Positions 30,523-39,469 of a DNA stretch of 64,000 nucleotides are shown in pieces. The notes beneath the pieces were generated by a model. The model was not told where the DNA came from, made no database searches, and saw nothing but the letters and a program-made list of their open reading frames with translations. Origin of the DNA: an uncultured Chloroflexia bacterium (GTDB taxonomy: Bacteria; Chloroflexota; Limnocylindria; QHBO01); assembly GCA_963814375.1 (NCBI GenBank), contig CAWFCQ010000004.1, forward strand, positions 352,001 to 416,000. The letters run 5' to 3'. How positions within the stretch are numbered: the stretch's first letter is position 1; every line of letters begins with the position of its first letter. A program made the position numbers and the translations under genes.

Positions 30523-31215
30523 TCAGCCTCCGAACCGTCGGTCGCGACGCACGAACTCGGCGACCGCGGCGTCGAGGTCGGCCTCGGTGAAGTCCGGCCA
30601 GAACTTGGCGCAGAAGATGAGCTCCGCATAGGCGGCCTGCCACAGCAGGAAGTTGCTCGTGCGCTGGTCGCCGCCTGTGCGGATCACGAGATCGACGTCG
30701 GGCTGCCCGGCCGTGTAGAGGTGCTCGGCGAAGTGCTGCTCGTCGATGGCATTCGGATCCGCGTGCGCCGCGACCAGGGCGCGGGTGGCGTCGACGATCT
30801 CGGCCCGCCCCGAGTAGTTGAAGCAGATGTTCAGCGTCATCCGAGCGCCCTCGCGGGTCCGATCCTCCGCGGCACGGATCGAACGCTGGACGTCGGAGGG
30901 CGCCTCGTGCAGCCGACCGATGACCTTGACGCGGATCCCCTCGGCCACGAGCTCATCGGTGTACTGCCGCACGGCGCCGTCAATGAGGCCGAACAGGCCC
31001 GAGACCTCGTCGTTCGGCCGTCCCCAGTTCTCGGTGCTGAAGGTGTAGACGCTCAGCGTCTCGACCCCGTGATCGCGTGCTCGACGCACGATCGGTCGGA
31101 TCGCCTCGATGCCCTGGACGTGGCCGGCCAGGACCGGCAGCCCGCGCTCGCGGGCCCAACGGCGGTTGCCGTCGGCGATGATCGCGACGTGCCGGGGTCG
31201 GACCTCGTCCGGCAC
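30523..31215 (-). CDS. uppS: Isoprenyl transferase (undecaprenyl diphosphate synthase)
   Basis: HVAIIADGNRRWA, FSTENW.RP, IRTGGDQRTSNFLLWQ, RRFGG. Confidence 0.96.
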   Translation of the reverse strand: MPDEVRPRHVAIIADGNRRWARERGLPVLAGHVQGIEAIRPIVRRARDHGVETLSVYTFSTENWGRPNDEVSGLFGLIDGAVRQYTDELVAEGIRVKVIGRLHEAPSDVQRSIRAAEDRTREGARMTLNICFNYSGRAEIVDATRALVAAHADPNAIDEQHFAEHLYTAGQPDVDLVIRTGGDQRTSNFLLWQAAYAELIFCAKFWPDFTEADLDAAVAEFVRRDRRFGG

Positions 31216-31218
31216 CGG

Positions 31219-31776
31219 TCAGACCTCCAGGATCTCGGCTTCCTTGCGGTCAGCCCGCGCGTCGATCGCCTCGATGTGGCGATCGGTGAGTCGCTGGAGT
31301 GCCTCGAGCTCACGGTGCTCCTCGTCCGCCGAGAGATCGCCGTCGCGAAGCGCCTTCTTGAGGACGTCCGCCGCCTCGCGCCGGTGGTTCCGCACCTCGA
31401 CCCGCGCCTCCTCGGTCCGCCGACGCACCTGCTTCACCATCTCGCGGCGGCGCTCCTCGGTGAGCGGCGGGACGTTGAGACGCACCACGGTGCCATCGAC
31501 GTTCGGCATGAGCCCGATGTCGCTCTTGGTGATCGCCTTCTCGATGGCGGACAGCACCGATCGGTCCCAGGGCTGAATGACGATGAGGTGCGGGTCCGGC
31601 GTGCTGATGCCCGCGACCTGGTTGAGCGGAGTCTGCGTGCCGTAGTAGTCGACGGTGATGCGCTCGACCAGCGCGGTGGAGGCACGCCCCGTCCGGATCC
31701 CGGCGAAGTCGCGCTCCATCGCATCGATCGCCCGCGCCATCTTGGGATCGATGGCGGTGACCGCCTCGTGCGTCAT
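31219..31776 (-). CDS. frr: Ribosome recycling factor
   Basis: [30 protein letters not shown]. Confidence 0.96.
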   Translation of the reverse strand: MTHEAVTAIDPKMARAIDAMERDFAGIRTGRASTALVERITVDYYGTQTPLNQVAGISTPDPHLIVIQPWDRSVLSAIEKAITKSDIGLMPNVDGTVVRLNVPPLTEERRREMVKQVRRRTEEARVEVRNHRREAADVLKKALRDGDLSADEEHRELEALQRLTDRHIEAIDARADRKEAEILEV

Positions 31777-32525
31777 CGGGTTTCCTCTCCTGAGATCAAC
31801 GTACCGATCCGCTCGCCTCGCACGGCTCGGGCGATGTTCCCCGGCGCGGTCATGTCGAAGACGACGATCGGCATCTCGTTGTCCATGGCCAGGCTCACGG
31901 CAGTCGCATCGAGCGCCTCGAGCCGGTTGCTCAGCAGGTCGGTGTAGCCGATCTGGCTGTAGCGCTGCGCACCCGGATGCTTCTCCGGATCCGCATCGTA
32001 CACCCCGTCCACGCGGGTGGCCTTGAGGATGACCTGGGCATGGACCTCGACCGCGCGCAGGGTCGCTGCCGTGTCCGTCGTGAAGTACGGATTGCCGGTG
32101 CCGGCCACCATGACCACCACCCGACCCTTCTCCAGGTGGCGGACCGCTCGGCGCCGGATGTAGGGCTCGCAGATCTCGTTCATGGCGATGGCACTCATGA
32201 CTCGAGTCGGGCAGGCGACCTGCTCGAGCGCATCCTGGAGAGCCAGGCCGTTCATGACCGTGGCGAGCATCCCCATGTAGTCGCCCGTGGCCCGATCCAT
32301 GCCCCGTGCGCTCGCCGCCAGCCCGCGGAAGATGTTCCCCCCGCCGACGACGATCGCCGTCTGGATTTTGTCGGCCGCCGACGCCTCGGCGACCTGTGCG
32401 GCGATCTCACGCACCACGGCGGGGTCGATGCCGTACTCGCGCGAGCCCATGAGCGCCTCGCCGGAGAGCTTGAGCAGCACCCGGCGCGGCGTGGTGGTCG
32501 CGGGCACGGCGGCCCCGTCGGTCAT
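31773..32525 (-). CDS. pyrH: UMP kinase
   Basis: [28 protein letters not shown]. Confidence 0.97.
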   Translation of the reverse strand: MTDGAAVPATTTPRRVLLKLSGEALMGSREYGIDPAVVREIAAQVAEASAADKIQTAIVVGGGNIFRGLAASARGMDRATGDYMGMLATVMNGLALQDALEQVACPTRVMSAIAMNEICEPYIRRRAVRHLEKGRVVVMVAGTGNPYFTTDTAATLRAVEVHAQVILKATRVDGVYDADPEKHPGAQRYSQIGYTDLLSNRLEALDATAVSLAMDNEMPIVVFDMTAPGNIARAVRGERIGTLISGEETR

Positions 32526-32528
32526 CCT

Positions 32529-33158
32529 TCAGGCGGCCTCGTCGCCGTCGGCGGCGGAATCACCGACCGCCATCCGCGCGAAGCGGGCCACCTTGATGTT
32601 CTCCCCCAGCAACGCGACCTTCTCAGTGATGAGGTCGGCGATCTTCTTGTCGGTATCGCGGTACGGCTGCTCCAGCAGGCAGATCGTCTCGTACCACTTG
32701 TTGAGGCGACCCTCGACGATCACCGGGATCCGGTCGGCGGGCTTGCCCTCTCGCTCGGCGTCCGCCGCGTACTCGCGCGACTGCTCCTCGACGATCTCGG
32801 CAGGGACCTCGTCCCGGCTCACGTAGAGGGGCGCCATCCCGGCGATCTGCATGGCGATGTCGCGTCCGAGCTGCTGGAAGTCCTCGGTGCGGGCCACGAA
32901 ATCGGTCTCGCAGTTGAGCTCGAGCAGGACGCCGAGGCGCGAGCCGTGATGGATGTAGCTCGTCACGATCCCTTCGCGGGCCGCGCGGCCGGCCTTCTTC
33001 GCCGCCGTCGAGAGACCCTTGTCGCGCAGCCAGAGGGTGGCCTTCTCATAGTCGCCCCCGCTCTCCTCGAGCGCGCGCTTGCAGTCCATGATGCCGGCCC
33101 CGGTCTGCTCGCGGAGCTTCTTCACGTCCTCTGGCTTGATCATCACGGTGTTCGTCAT
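32529..33158 (-). CDS. tsf: Elongation factor Ts (short type)
   Basis: VKKLREQTGAGIMDCK, ELNCETDFVAR, GENIKVARF. Confidence 0.97.
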   Translation of the reverse strand: MTNTVMIKPEDVKKLREQTGAGIMDCKRALEESGGDYEKATLWLRDKGLSTAAKKAGRAAREGIVTSYIHHGSRLGVLLELNCETDFVARTEDFQQLGRDIAMQIAGMAPLYVSRDEVPAEIVEEQSREYAADAEREGKPADRIPVIVEGRLNKWYETICLLEQPYRDTDKKIADLITEKVALLGENIKVARFARMAVGDSAADGDEAA

Positions 33159-33178
33159 GGTTCCTTCCTGCCGCCGCC

Positions 33179-34129
33179 TCAGTGGCGGGGCTCCTTGGTG
33201 TGCTCGTCGATCGCACGCTCGTGCTCTCGATCGGGGTCGTGCTCGGGCTCGCCCTCGTCGATGTGGGCGGCGCGCCGCGCCCTCGCGCGTCGCTCCTCTT
33301 CCTCGTCGTCCTCGGGCTCGGGCTCGAACACGAGCGCCTCACCCGATGCCAGCGCGGCGGTGTAGTCCGCCTCCGAGGTGAGCGCCGACTCGTCGACCGG
33401 CGGCATCGCCTCGGCCTGCTCGAACTCCTCGTCGAGTCGGGCCTGGCGCTCGGCCTGGGCGGTGGTGGCAGCATCGGCGACGAGGCCGCAGATGAGTCGC
33501 ACCGACCGGATGGCGTCGTCGTTGGCGGGGATGACCCAGTCGATCAGGTCGGGATCGCAGTTCGTGTCGGTCATCGCCACGATCGGTATCTCGAGCCGGC
33601 GGGCCTCGGCGACCGCAATCGACTCACGGTGCGGGTCGACGATGAAGACGGCGCCGGGAAGGCGTCGCATCTTGCGGATCCCGCCGAGCGCGGCGTCGAG
33701 CTTCGTGATCTCCTCGCTGAGCTTCGTGGCCTCTTTCTTCGTGAGGCGCTCGAACTCGCCGGCATCACGCCGCGCCTCGAGCGCCTCGAGGCGCTGGATG
33801 CGGCGCTTGATGGTCGTGAAGTTCGTGAGCATCCCGCCGAGCCAGCGAGTGTTGACGAAGTGCTGGCCCGACCGCTGGGCGGCCTCCGCGAGCGCTTCCT
33901 GCGCCTGCTTCTTCGTGCCCACGAAGAGGATCCCGTCGCCGCGACGGACCGTCTCGCGGATGAACTCGAGAGACTCCTCGAGCCGCGTGACCGTCTGGGC
34001 GAGGTCGATGATGTGGATCCCGTTGCGCTCCGCGAAGATGTAGTCGCGCATCTTCGGGTTCCAGCGCCGGGTCTGGTGCCCGAAGTGGACGCCCGCTTCG
34101 AGCAGCTGCTTCATGCTGGTGGCAGCCAA
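33179..34129 (-). CDS. rpsB: 30S ribosomal protein S2 with acidic C-terminal extension
   Basis: [44 protein letters not shown]; GGAGG before the TTG at 34129. Confidence 0.97.
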   Translation of the reverse strand: MAATSMKQLLEAGVHFGHQTRRWNPKMRDYIFAERNGIHIIDLAQTVTRLEESLEFIRETVRRGDGILFVGTKKQAQEALAEAAQRSGQHFVNTRWLGGMLTNFTTIKRRIQRLEALEARRDAGEFERLTKKEATKLSEEITKLDAALGGIRKMRRLPGAVFIVDPHRESIAVAEARRLEIPIVAMTDTNCDPDLIDWVIPANDDAIRSVRLICGLVADAATTAQAERQARLDEEFEQAEAMPPVDESALTSEADYTAALASGEALVFEPEPEDDEEEERRARARRAAHIDEGEPEHDPDREHERAIDEHTKEPRH

Positions 34130-34280
34130 AGAGATACCTCCGGTTGTTCCTCCGCCCGACCTTGCGCTCCCGGGTCGACCCGCGCCATGCAGCGCGGGCA
34201 CCGACGACCAGCGGAATCAGTCGAGCGTGTGTAATAGGGCAACGCCCGCGGTGGCCCGCGAGCTCCCCGAGAGTATATCA
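34130..34280 (-). promoter_or_regulatory. rpsB promoter and S2 autoregulatory leader
   Basis: Extended -10 TGaTATACT at 34272-34280; leader contains ACACACGC..TGATT..GGTGC..GCGGAGG..AACC..GGAGG, resembling known rpsB leaders as I recall them. Confidence 0.6.
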
Positions 34281-34462
34281 GAGCGTCCCTCGCGCGACCG
34301 GTGTGCCTCCGAAGCCACCCTCACCGCACCGATGGGTACCGAAGTACCCTCGCGGTCCCCCGTCCGTACCTTGACCCTCCATGGGCCAGTCCTAGCATCG
34401 ATGCGCGCCGCGTGCCCTGCGCGTGCGGCCGGTCCGATTGCATCGCGGGGAGGACTGATCTC

Positions 34463-35602
34463 GTGCAGCGTCCAAGGCCCATCGCCATCAGCAGCGGCCT
34501 TGCCCTGGCCATCGTCGTCCTGCCCCTGCTGGCAGCGGTCACTCTCGCCGCCGATCCATCCGTCACGGTGCGGCCCGGTGACACCCTGACCGCCATCTCG
34601 AAGCGCCATGGCGTCTCGATCGAGGAGCTTGTCACGCTGAATGCCATCGAGAACCCGAACCGCATCTATCCGGGACAGCGACTGCGTCTTGCCGCGGCTG
34701 CCGCCCGACCCGGCCCGAAGCCTCCGGTCGCCGCCCCGGCAGCGGCGCCCGCCGCGCGCGTTCATGTCGTGCGCTCCGGGGAGAACCTGACCTGGATCGC
34801 GCGCCGCTACGGCGTCACGGTGGCCGCCATCGTGGGCGCCAACCGTCTCGTCGACCCGAGCCGGATCCATCCCCGACAGCGACTCACGATTCCGGGCGCT
34901 CCGGGCCCCACGGCACCGGCGCCGGCTGCCGCCCGACCCGGCCCGAAGCCTCCGGCTGCCGCCCCGGCAGCGGCGCCCGCCGCGCGCGTTCATGTCGTGC
35001 GCTCCGGGGAGAACCTGACCTGGATCGGGCGCCGCTACGGCGTCACGGTGGCCGCCATCGTGGGCGCCAACCGTCTCGTCGACCCGAGCCGGATCCATCC
35101 CGGACAGCGACTCACGATTCCGGGCGGCGCTCCGGCACCGACGGTCAGGGCGGCTCCCCGACCGTCGGCCCCGCTGCCGGCGGCGACCGCTGCCGCCATG
35201 GCTCGCCGCGACGATGTGCGCCGCCTGATCGTCGCTGAGGCGAAGCGCTTCCGCGTGCCGGCGCCGTTGGCGCTCGCCGTGGCGTGGCACGAGTCCGGCT
35301 GGCGCCAGGGAGTGGTGAGCTCTGCCGGCGCGATTGGCGTCATGCAGGTGATGCCGGCCACCGCCGAGTGGGTCGGCGAGTCGATGTTCGGCACGACGAT
35401 CAATCTTCGCGACGTCCGGCACAACGTCCGCACCGGCGTCCGTCTGCTCGCGCACTACCTGGATCGCTACGACGGGAATCGGGACCTTGTGCTGGCCGCC
35501 TACTACCAGGGACAGGCGGCGGCCGACCGACACGGGATCTACCCGATGAGCCGCCTCTACATCGCGTCGATTCGAGCCCTCGAGCGCATGCTCGGCGGCT
35601 GA
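34463..35602 (+). CDS. Secreted LysM x3 plus SLT lytic transglycosylase
   Basis: Signal peptide; LysM repeats (VRPGDTL..IS, VRSGENL..IA); SLT motifs HESG, GAIGVMQVMPAT, AAYYQG; GGAGG RBS. Confidence 0.9.
   Translation: MQRPRPIAISSGLALAIVVLPLLAAVTLAADPSVTVRPGDTLTAISKRHGVSIEELVTLNAIENPNRIYPGQRLRLAAAAARPGPKPPVAAPAAAPAARVHVVRSGENLTWIARRYGVTVAAIVGANRLVDPSRIHPRQRLTIPGAPGPTAPAPAAARPGPKPPAAAPAAAPAARVHVVRSGENLTWIGRRYGVTVAAIVGANRLVDPSRIHPGQRLTIPGGAPAPTVRAAPRPSAPLPAATAAAMARRDDVRRLIVAEAKRFRVPAPLALAVAWHESGWRQGVVSSAGAIGVMQVMPATAEWVGESMFGTTINLRDVRHNVRTGVRLLAHYLDRYDGNRDLVLAAYYQGQAAADRHGIYPMSRLYIASIRALERMLGG
34695..35126 (+). repeat. Near-identical tandem duplication (228-nt period) of linker plus LysM
   Basis: About 204-nt copies at 34695-34898 and 34923-35126 differ at only a few bases. 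Confidence 0.9.
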
Positions 35603-35979
35603 AGGCCCTCGCCGATCCCCGGCGCCCGGGCGAGGCGCCACCGGCCGGAGCCGTCGGCCGCCGGCTCGACGGTGACCAGGTCGACGCGAAGACCGGTGTG
35701 CGGCTCCAGAGACGCGGCGGCCATCGCGGCGACGGTGCGTGCGATGCGGCCGACCCGCTCCGCGTCGACGGACTCGATCGCTGCGCCCGCGCGTCGCGAC
35801 CGGCGGGCACGGACCTCGACGCCCACGAACCGGCGAGCGGGATCGACCGCCACGATGTCGACTTCGCCGCCGAAGCGAGATCGTCGGCGCCGTGCAAGCA
35901 CGCGCCATCCGTTCCGTGTCAACCACGCAGCCACGGCATCCTCCGCCGCCCGACCGAGCGCATGGCGGGGGTCGGCCAT
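35557..35979 (-). CDS. yraN: YraN/UPF0102 family protein
   Basis: LGRAAEDAVA.WL...GW.VL.R, GEVDIVA, VEVRAR, RVDLV; downstream of rnhB. Confidence 0.85.
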   Translation of the reverse strand: MADPRHALGRAAEDAVAAWLTRNGWRVLARRRRSRFGGEVDIVAVDPARRFVGVEVRARRSRRAGAAIESVDAERVGRIARTVAAMAAASLEPHTGLRVDLVTVEPAADGSGRWRLARAPGIGEGLQPPSMRSRARIDAM

Positions 35980-36063
35980 CGGCGGATCCTCACATCGTCA
36001 CCTGGATCCTGGCAGGCGATGCTTACCCGGCGATTACCGGGCGCTTACTGCGGATGCGTCGGC

Positions 36064-36798
36064 TCAGGCCGGAACGAGGACCTCGTTCGCAGCATCGGTC
36101 GCGGGGATCACCTCGAATTCGATCGCGGCCAGGTCGAGCTCCATTTGCTCGCCAAGCTCGACGGCCTTGATCCGCGCGAACGAGCGACGGTGGAATGCGG
36201 TGATGCCCTGCTCCTCGATCCCGCGCCGATGGTCGAGCGTGGCGTAGCCGGCGTTGTGCTGCCAGCCGTATCCGGGGTGACGCGCCGCCAGCCGGTCCAT
36301 GAGCCGATCGCGAACGACCTTGGCCACGATCGAGGCGGCCGCGATCGAGTAGCAGCGCGCGTCGCCGTGGACGACCGCCGTGTAGGGCCCGACGTGATCC
36401 TCGAGCCGATGGACGCGCAGCCCATCGATGAGGACGTGCTGGCGTTCGGACACGCGGCAGATCGCGCGGCGCATGGCGAGGTTCGTGGCGTGGTAGATGT
36501 TGAGCCGATCGATCTCGGCCACGCTGGCGGCGCCGAGGCCCACGGCAACCGCCCGACGCCGAACGAGCGGGTAAAGCCGCTCTCGCTGCCCACGTGAGAG
36601 CATCTTCGAGTCGCGCACACCGGGGACGCGCCGTCCGTAGGCCGGCATGACCACGGCGGCGGCGAGGACCGGCCCGGCGAGACAGGCGACGCCGACGGCA
36701 TCGGCTCCGACGACGAGCTCGAGACCACGCTCCCAGTGCTCGCGCTCGATCCGGGTGGATGGCTTGACGATGCGCTGCGGGCGACGCGTGCGGGTCAC
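36064..36798 (-). CDS. rnhB: Ribonuclease HII (variant first motif)
   Basis: LAGPV.AAAV, RDSK, EIDRLNI..A, LIDG, GDA...SIAAASIVAKV.RD, HRRSF; first motif reads DAVGVA. Confidence 0.9.
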   Translation of the reverse strand: MTRTRRPQRIVKPSTRIEREHWERGLELVVGADAVGVACLAGPVLAAAVVMPAYGRRVPGVRDSKMLSRGQRERLYPLVRRRAVAVGLGAASVAEIDRLNIYHATNLAMRRAICRVSERQHVLIDGLRVHRLEDHVGPYTAVVHGDARCYSIAAASIVAKVVRDRLMDRLAARHPGYGWQHNAGYATLDHRRGIEEQGITAFHRRSFARIKAVELGEQMELDLAAIEFEVIPATDAANEVLVPA

Positions 36799-36864
36799 CG
36801 CGTCAGTGTATCGAGCGATCCATCGGGTGTGAGGCGTTCGCGACGACCGTGACCGGCCGGAGGA

Positions 36865-37212
36865 TCAGGTTGCGCGTCGCTCGCGCAGCGTGGCGGATTT
36901 GCCGACGCGGTCGCGCAGGAAGTAGAGCTGGGCTCGGCGCGCGACGCCGTGGCGGACAACTTCGATCTTGTCGATGCGCGGCGCGTGGACCATGAAGGTG
37001 CGCTCGACGCCCACGCCGCTGGCGATCCGACGCACGGTGATCGCCTTGTTGAGTCCGCCGCCCCGCATGCGCATGACCGTGCCCTCGAAGACCTGGATGC
37101 GCTCGCGGTTGCCCTCGACCACCTTGACCGAGACGCGAACGGTATCGCCGGGCGCGATCTCCGGCACGTCGGTGCGGAGCTGCTCGCGCTCGAGCTCCTT
37201 GATGGCATTCAT
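36865..37212 (-). CDS. rplS: 50S ribosomal protein L19
   Basis: [36 protein letters not shown]. Confidence 0.97.
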   Translation of the reverse strand: MNAIKELEREQLRTDVPEIAPGDTVRVSVKVVEGNRERIQVFEGTVMRMRGGGLNKAITVRRIASGVGVERTFMVHAPRIDKIEVVRHGVARRAQLYFLRDRVGKSATLRERRAT

Positions 37213-37383
37213 CGCTGGGGCGACCTCGTCGTTCGAGCCCTCGGGTGGGGTCCCCCGCTTGGGGTCCATTCGGGTGGGCAATGGTGACACACGAACGCGA
37301 CCGCGCTCGGCGGCCGCGACGGCAGGAAGTATAGCAGCGCTCGCCGACCCCGGGCAAGGAGCCTCTCAGGCAGGAGCCGGCAG

Positions 37384-38122
37384 TCAGCCGGGGTCGGGCG
37401 GTCCCTCGCGGAGCTCGTCGAGCGTTGCGCGATCGGCGTCGGTCAGCGGCGCCGAGTCGAGGAGGTCCGGCCGTCGCTCCAGCGTCCGGCGCAGCGCCTC
37501 GCGGCGGCGCCAGCGGTCGACCTCGCCGTGGTGGCCCGAGACGAGGACGGGCGGGACCGCCAGGTCGGCGAACGTGTCTGGTCGGGTGTACTGCGGATAC
37601 TCGAGCAGGCCCGACGCGAACGAGTCGCCCTCGTGCGACTCGGCCTGGATGGCACCCGGCAGGAGCCGGACGATGGTGTCGATGAGTACGAGCGCCGGCA
37701 GCTCGCCCCCGGTCAGGACGTAGTCGCCGATGCTGACCTCGCGGCCAACGAGGGTCCGCACGCGCTCGTCGATGCCCTCGTAGCGTCCGCACACCAGCGC
37801 CAGATGCGGGCGCGTGGCCAGCTCGCGCGCGAGCGCATCGGTCAGGCGCTCGCCGGCGGGGTCGAGCAGGAGCACTTCCGCACCGGCGCTCGCGCAGTGG
37901 CTCGATCGCCGCAAACAGCGGCTCCGGCCGCATCACCATCCCGGCGCCGCCACCGAATGGGTAGTCGTCGACCGAGCGGTGGCGGCCGATGCCGTGCTCG
38001 CGCAGGTCGTGCGTCTCGAAGGTCACGATCCCCCGCTCGGCGGCCCGCCCGATGATCGACGTCCGCAGCGGAAGGTCGAAGAGCTCCGGAAATATGGTGA
38101 CGACGTCGATGCGCATGGCCAT
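37384..38122 (-). CDS. trmD: tRNA (guanine-N1)-methyltransferase, with an apparent +1 frameshift near 37886
   Basis: [14 protein letters not shown] in one frame; [32 protein letters not shown] in the shifted frame. Confidence 0.92.
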
Positions 38123-38598
38123 CAGCGGATCTCCTCCGCATCGTCGGGCGCGATCACCACGAGGCCGGCATCGAGGTCGATGCGTTCCACGGCGGATCGC
38201 AGCGCTGGAACGAGGCGCTCTCCGGTGGGGCCAACGACGCGGTACACCTCATTGCCGCCGGCACGGAAGACCTCCACCAGCTCGCCGACGACCGCCCCGT
38301 CCGTAGATTCCACCCGCAGGCCGACGAGGTCCTCCCAGTAGTACGTCTCGTCGTCGAGGTCCCGTGGCGGGACCTCGAGATAGCGGCCCGCGAGCCGCTC
38401 GGCCGCCTCACGCGAGGCAACTCCCTCCAGGTGCAGCACTGGGATACGGCCACCGGTCTCCATCGCGGCAACGCGATCGGGCTCGTCCGACCCTTCGATC
38501 CAGACCTCCAGGCCGGGCGTGAGCCGCTCCGGCCAGTCGGTCAGCAGCTCGATCCGAACCGCCCCGGCAAGGCCCTTGGCGCCGAGGACGCGCGCCAC
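38122..38598 (-). CDS. rimM: Ribosome maturation factor RimM
   Basis: GAKGLAGAV, YYWEDLVGLRV, GGNEVY, LVPA; in the rpsP-khpA-rimM-trmD order. Confidence 0.9.
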   Translation of the reverse strand: MARVLGAKGLAGAVRIELLTDWPERLTPGLEVWIEGSDEPDRVAAMETGGRIPVLHLEGVASREAAERLAGRYLEVPPRDLDDETYYWEDLVGLRVESTDGAVVGELVEVFRAGGNEVYRVVGPTGERLVPALRSAVERIDLDAGLVVIAPDDAEEIR

Positions 38599-38611
38599 GG
38601 CGCGCCGCCCC

Positions 38612-38851
38612 TCAGTCGGCGTCGGAGACGATCTCGAGCTCGACGTGGCGCCCGTCCCGGGTGGCCATCACGCGCAGGAGGCTCCGGATGGCGTTGGCGA
38701 TGCGGCCGTCGCGGCCGATGACGCGCCCCATGTCTTCCTGGTCGACTCCGAGGGTGAGGACCGTCTCGTCTTCACCGTCGTCGACCTCGACGAAAACGCT
38801 GTCGGGCTTGTCGACGAGCGAGCGCGCGACGTACTCGAGGAACTCTTTCAT
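38612..38851 (-). CDS. khpA: KH-domain RNA-binding protein KhpA
   Basis: LVDKPD.V, DMGRVIGRDGRIANAIR. Confidence 0.93.
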   Translation of the reverse strand: MKEFLEYVARSLVDKPDSVFVEVDDGEDETVLTLGVDQEDMGRVIGRDGRIANAIRSLLRVMATRDGRHVELEIVSDAD

Positions 38852-39426
38852 GCGTCGGCCTTCTCGGTCTCTTCGGTCGCCTCGGCGACGCCGGCCTCCT
38901 CGGGAGCCGCTTCGGCGGTCTCAGGCTCGTCCGAAGCGGTCTCGGCGGCGCCCTCTGGGGGCTCGGCAGGCGCATCCGAAGCATCGGCCGGAGCCTCCTC
39001 GGCGGCGGGTGCCTCTACCTCGGCGGCCGGTGCCTCTGCCGTTTCCTCGGCGGCTGGTGGCTCTACCTCTGCCGGGGGCGGTGCTTCGGCCGCGGCTGCT
39101 GCCTTGGCCTGTGCCTTCTTCGAGGGCTTGGCCTTCGCCGGCCGCGTGGCGCGCTTCGGCTTCACGGCCTCCGCCTCGGTCGAGGTGGCTGCCTCGGCCT
39201 GGCGCATGAGCCTGACGACGGTGTCGGAAGGCTGTGCCCCATTACCGATCCAGGCCTTGATCTTCTCGGTCTCGAGCTGGACGGTTGCGGGCTCGGTCAA
39301 CGGGTCGTAGAAGCCGAGGATCTCGATGGCGCGACCGTCACGTGAGCGACGCTTGTCGATGGCGACCACGCGGTAGGCCGGGCGCTTCGTGGCGCCCACG
39401 CGTGTCAGCCGGATTGCTACTGCCAA
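38848..39426 (-). CDS. rpsP: 30S ribosomal protein S16 with long Ala/Glu/Pro tail
   Basis: IRLTRVGATKRPAYRVV, RDGRAIE.LGFYDP, GAQPSDTV. Confidence 0.95.
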   Translation of the reverse strand: MAVAIRLTRVGATKRPAYRVVAIDKRRSRDGRAIEILGFYDPLTEPATVQLETEKIKAWIGNGAQPSDTVVRLMRQAEAATSTEAEAVKPKRATRPAKAKPSKKAQAKAAAAAEAPPPAEVEPPAAEETAEAPAAEVEAPAAEEAPADASDAPAEPPEGAAETASDEPETAEAAPEEAGVAEATEETEKADA

Positions 39427-39469
39427 GTGGTTCTCCCTCAGTGGTGATGGGTTCGGATCAAGTTCGGTG

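Noticed and set aside
34695-35126. Repeat as a CRISPR array or mobile element
   Set aside because: Only two long in-frame copies encoding LysM domains; no spacers, cas genes or transposase
9868-37890. Programmed frameshifting or pseudogenisation of cinA, rodZ, cdsA and trmD
   Set aside because: All are one extra base in short G/C runs, with no slippery site or other decay; an assembly error is simpler
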